Source of the DNA: Mycoplasmoides genitalium G37
GTDB lineage: Bacteria > Bacillota_I > Bacilli_A > Mycoplasmatales > Mycoplasmoidaceae
NCBI RefSeq assembly: GCF_000027325.1
Contig: NC_000908.2
Span: 60,001-92,000, forward strand
Direction: 5' to 3'
DNA: 32,000 nucleotides
Shown: piece by piece, positions 28,228 through 32,000 of the stretch
How positions within the stretch are numbered: the stretch's first letter is position 1
Layout of the letters: each line of letters begins with the position of its first letter
Program-made: the position numbers and the translations under genes
Notes under the pieces: generated by a model
What the model was told of the DNA's origin: nothing
The model's database searches: none
Seen by the model: only the letters and a program-made list of their open reading frames with translations

Positions 28228-30954
28228 ATGCAGATTAGTTTAGTTAAAATCCGCAATAAGTTTAAACAAAGAAACCGTGGTTCTTTTCGTCAGTGAGTTG
28301 GTAAGCTTTCCAACGGTTTGATGATCCCTATTGCAGTTTTGCCTTTAGCAGGTATTTTTTTAGGAATCGGTGATGCCATTTCTTCCAATTCATCTGGCAT
28401 TGTTGGTGTGAAATTTTTTGGTGAATTTATTAAACAAGGTGGTAATGTAGTTTTTGCTAACTTACCTATTTTGTTTGCAGTTGCAATTGCGATCACCTTT
28501 TCTCAAGATGCAGGGGTTGCTGGATTTTCTGCTTTTGTTTTTTGGGCCACAATGAACGCGTTTATGAGTTCATTAATTATTCCTGTTGATGCAAATAATA
28601 CTGCTTCAGGTTATAACATCCTTTATTGAAAAGCAGTACCTCAGTCAGCAATTGCTTCTACTTTAGGATTAAATTCACTTTCAACTTCAGTTTTTGGTGG
28701 GATTATAGTAGGGGCTTTAACTGCATATTTATATAACAAGTTTTATGCAATTAGATTGCCTGATGTAATTGGGTTTTTTAGTGGTACTAGGTTTGTTCCT
28801 ATTATTTGTATGACTATTGCTATTCCAGTAGCATTACTTTTATTGATGGTTTGACCTGGTGTTTCTATCTTATTAAATTTAATAGGAACTGGGCTTGGAA
28901 TCTTAGGTGGAAGAGGATATGGTGCTAACAGTTTAATCTTTGGATATATAGAAAGAGCACTAATTCCTTTTGGAGTACATCATGCCTTTTATGCACCATT
29001 ATGATATACAAGTGCAGGCGGTAGTTTGCAAGAAATTGCAAATCAACAAGTTTGGATTAGAGCTCCTGGTAGTGATTATGTAACCAGAGTGATAGGTTGA
29101 GAAGATTTTAATACTCCAGGAAAATGAGTTATTCCTGCTGCTTTAGCTAATGGAACAAGTGGAATGATGAATGGAGCTACTACAACAGGACAAGATAGTA
29201 CATCTGCACTTTCAAAATACATGAGTAAAGAATCAACAAACTTTCTAAGTTGAAAAGAACTTGTTGATGGTCTTACACGTAAAGGTAACTTTGATGAATT
29301 GGCTAAAAACGGTTTATTAGATGGTTCTAACAAGATTTGAATTGGTTTAAACCAGTCAGGGATCTTAGGTAAAAAAGTACTGTTAAGTGATGGTAAGGAC
29401 TACACTATTACCTTTAAAACTTTTGCTAACACCACGCCAACATTCTGAAGCCATGGTGCTCATGCACTTTTACCAATTAGTGGAACTCCAAGTGCAATAA
29501 CTAATGGAGTTACTGTTAATGGTACTGCTAATTCTAAAACCTATAATGTCAGTCAGTTCACTGTTGCAGTTCCTTCTTTAAACCCAGCACAATATTCCCA
29601 AGGTAAATTCCCATTCATGCTAATTGGAATTCCAGCAGCTGGACTTGCAATGATCTTAGCTGCTCCTAAGGGTAGAAGAAAAGAAGCTAGTTCTATTATT
29701 GGTAGTGCTGCATTCACTAGTTTTCTAACAGGGATCACCGAACCTTTTGAATTTACCTTTCTTTTCTTAGCACCATGGTTATTCTATGGTATCCACGCTG
29801 TATTAGCTGCAGTAAGCTTTTGATTAATGAACTTATTGAGTGCTAACGTTGGACAAACCTTCTCAGGTTCTTTCATTGACTTTATCTTGTATGGGGCTTT
29901 ACCTGATGGTAGGGGTTGATTAGCAAACTCTTACTTAGTACCTATTATTGGTATCTTTTTAGCATTGATTTATTTCCCTACCTTCTATTTCTTGACAATT
30001 CGCTTTAACTTAGCAACTCCTGGTAGAGGTGGTAAGTTAATTACTAAAAAGGAATATTTAGCAGCAAAAGCAGCTCAAAAAACTGATCAAACTACTAACA
30101 CTAACTTTAATCAAACCCAAATTGAAGCTGGTATGTTACTAAGAGCTTATGGTGGAAGTGAAAACATTGCTGAATTAGGGGCTTGCATTACTAAATTAAG
30201 AGTAACAGTTAAAAACCCTGAACTTGTTAATGAAACTATTATTAAAGACTTGGGAGCAGCTGGGGTAATGCGTACCACTCCAACATTCTTTGTAGCAGTG
30301 TTTGGTACTCGAGCTGCTGTTTATAAATCAGCAATGCAAGATATTATCCAAGGCAAAGTAAATTGAACAGAGTTGCAAAAAGTCTTAGATAAAAATGATA
30401 GTACTGTTGAAAAACCAGAAATAAAACCAACCCCAGTTTTAAAAGTTCAAGATGAAATTGTGATCCTCTCACCAGTTAATGGCACCTTAAAACCGCTCAC
30501 CCAAGTTCCTGATGATACCTTCAAAAATCGTTTGGTAGGAGATGGAATTGCTATCTTACCTAGCGATGGGCACTTCAAAGCACCAGGTGATGTGGGTGTG
30601 AAAACTGAACTTGCTTTCCCTACTGGTCATGCCTTTATCTTTGATGTTGATGGTGTGAAAGTAATGCTTCACATTGGGATTGATACAGTAAAAATTAATG
30701 CTGATAAAAAACCAGGGGAACAACTTGAAGTGTTTGATGTAAAAACAAAACAAGGAGAATACACTAAATTAAAGAGTGAAAGTGTTGTTGAAGTTGATTT
30801 AAAGAAACTTAAACGAAAGTATGATCCAATCACTCCTTTCATTGTGATGCAAGAATCACTTGATAACTTCAAGTTGGTGCCAATTCGCCAACGTGGTGAA
30901 ATTAAAGTTGGCCAACCTTTATTTAAACTAATTTATAAAGATAAGAAGAGTTAA
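28228..30954 (+). CDS. ptsG: PTS glucose-family EIICBA component (908 aa)
   Basis: ATG 28228 gives [50 protein letters not shown]. All the frame-1 ORF-track pieces (28318.., 29617.., 29965.., 30373..30954) join across many TGAs. Motifs: [12 protein letters not shown] (EIIC), [17 protein letters not shown] (EIIB Cys), GDGIAILP...HIGIDTV (EIIA His). Confidence 0.92.
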
Positions 30955-30981
30955 TCAATAAAACTCGATAATAACTAAAAG

Positions 30982-31008
30982 CCATAAAACCTTGGTTTTG
31001 TGGTTTTT
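30982..31008 (+). terminator. Rho-independent terminator after ptsG
   Basis: CCATAAAACC tt GGTTTTGTGG (one G-U pair; the inner pairs must open to form the loop) followed by TTTTT at 31004-31008, 28 nt after the ptsG stop. Confidence 0.55.
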
Positions 31009-31064
31009 AGCTTGTTTATAACAATATTATTGCAGTTTTACTGCATAATGTAAAATTACACAGC

Positions 31065-31919
31065 ATGTCAGATACAAATACTGAAAAACCTGAGTTAGTT
31101 TCCCTTAATAAGTTAAGTGAGATGCGCACTAACATCGGGATGGTTAAACGTTATTGAAACCCAAAGATGGGATTCTTTATCGAACCTGAACGTAAGCATA
31201 ATAACGATTTATTGAAGCTTGATCTACAGTACCAAGCGTTAAAAACTGCTTATAACTTCATTAAGGATGTTGTTAAAAATCACGGACAAATCCTTTTTGT
31301 TGGAACAAAGAATGATTATGTTAAAAAACTGGTAATTGATATTGCTAAAAGAGTTAATGTTGCATATATTACCCAGCGCTGATTAGGTGGTACTTTAACT
31401 AACTTTAAAACCCTTTCTATCTCAATTAACAAACTCAATAAATTAGTTGAACAGCAAAAGCAAAATGCAAATGATCTAACCAAGAAAGAAAACCTGTTAC
31501 TTTCAAGAGAGATTGAAAGACTTGAAAAGTTCTTTGGTGGGGTCAAAAATTTAAAAAGACTTCCTAATCTAATAGTTATAGATGATCCTGTTTATGAAAA
31601 AAATGCAGTTTTAGAAGCAAACAGCTTAAAAATCCCTGTTGTGGCACTATGCAACACCAACACCAATCCAGAGCTAGTTGACTTTATTATTCCAGCTAAT
31701 AACCACCAACCCCAAAGTACTTGTTTATTGATGAATTTACTAGCAGATGCGATAGCAGAAGCGAAGGGTTTTGAAACCTTGTATGCTTACAAACCAGATG
31801 AACAGATCCAAATTGAAATTCCTCCCAAACAAGAACGCCAAGTTATTAACCGTTCCAATACCAGAAACATCACTAACCAGCGCTTAAACATTAACCGTCA
31901 ACAACAAGAAACTTTATAG
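31065..31919 (+). CDS. rpsB: 30S ribosomal protein S2 (284 aa)
   Basis: ATG 31065. Frame-0 pieces 31167..31382 and 31641..31919 join across TGAs; I read 31380..31645. Motifs: ILFVGTKNDYVKKLV, ITQRWLGGTLTNF, PNLIVIDDPVYEKNAVLEANSLKIPVVALCNTNTNP. The stop is TAG 31917-31919. Confidence 0.92.
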
Positions 31920-31923
31920 AGCA

Positions 31924-32000
31924 GTGAACAGTTGAACAGGACTTAGTGAACAAGCGGCAATTAAAAGTCGTCAAGAACATGGTGCTAATTTTCTTCCTGA
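31924..32000 (+). CDS. Probable cation-transporting P-type ATPase, N-terminal 25 codons only (3'-truncated by the window)
   Basis: GTG 31924 gives (M)NSWTGLSEQAAIKSRQEHGANFLPE, the usual P-type ATPase N-terminal pattern (GLS..EA..R....G.N.L). It also fits my memory of MG071 following rpsB. The fragment is very short. Confidence 0.55.

Noticed and set aside
28290-30872. ORFs 28290..28496, 29076..29333, 29553..29738, 30556..30753 and 30669..30872 (all minus strand).
   Set aside because: They are antisense to the single 908-aa ptsG frame.
31316-31546. Minus-strand ORF 31316..31546.
   Set aside because: It is antisense to rpsB.
1-32000. The many ORF-track proteins ending at TGA (for example 1406..2353, 7650..7916, 19089..19940, 21073..21294) could be read as truncated genes or pseudogenes.
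   Set aside because: Conserved motifs continue in the same frame straight after each TGA. Gene ends always coincide with TAA or TAG. A TGA in one paralogue aligns with TGG in the other. This is genetic code 4, not gene decay.

Overview
This 32 kb window is a Mollicutes chromosome segment that only makes sense with translation table 4 (UGA = Trp). The supplied standard-code ORF track splits almost every gene at in-frame TGA codons. Once same-frame pieces are joined across TGA, the window resolves into about 30 tightly packed genes.

Gene order:
- Plus strand: deoA (5' partial), cdd, manB.
- Minus strand: nusG, secE, rpmG, a membrane ORF, rsmI, rnmV, prs, smpB.
- A GT2 glycosyltransferase (+) converges on a polytopic transporter (-), followed by tRNA-Ser(GCU) (-).
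- Plus strand: fruA, fruK, a giant tandem-FtsX ABC permease with its ATPase, tkt, two tandem paralogous lipoproteins with a trypsin-like triad, and two unassigned membrane ORFs.
- Then a roughly 2.2 kb G+C-rich, promoterless mosaic of adhesin-gene fragments (an MgPa repeat, MgPar).
- Finally a small 2-TM ORF, ptsG (EIICBA), rpsB and the start of a P-type ATPase.

From memory, this content and order match Mycoplasma (Mycoplasmoides) genitalium MG051-MG071. I could not run a search, so that identification is recognition, not proof.

I found no rRNA, CRISPR array, transposase or phage genes. The only clearly accessory element is the MgPar cassette with its flanking lipoprotein and membrane-protein genes. 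It belongs to a known class (donor sequences for mgpB/mgpC antigenic variation), not a new system.

The less-described items worth follow-up are the two membrane ORFs between the DUF31 lipoproteins and the MgPar, three small membrane ORFs, lineage-specific insertions in PtsG and NusG, the N-terminal extension of the ABC ATPase, and a perfect 12-bp-arm palindrome. Start codons are the least certain part of the coordinates, because several genes use GTG or TTG.
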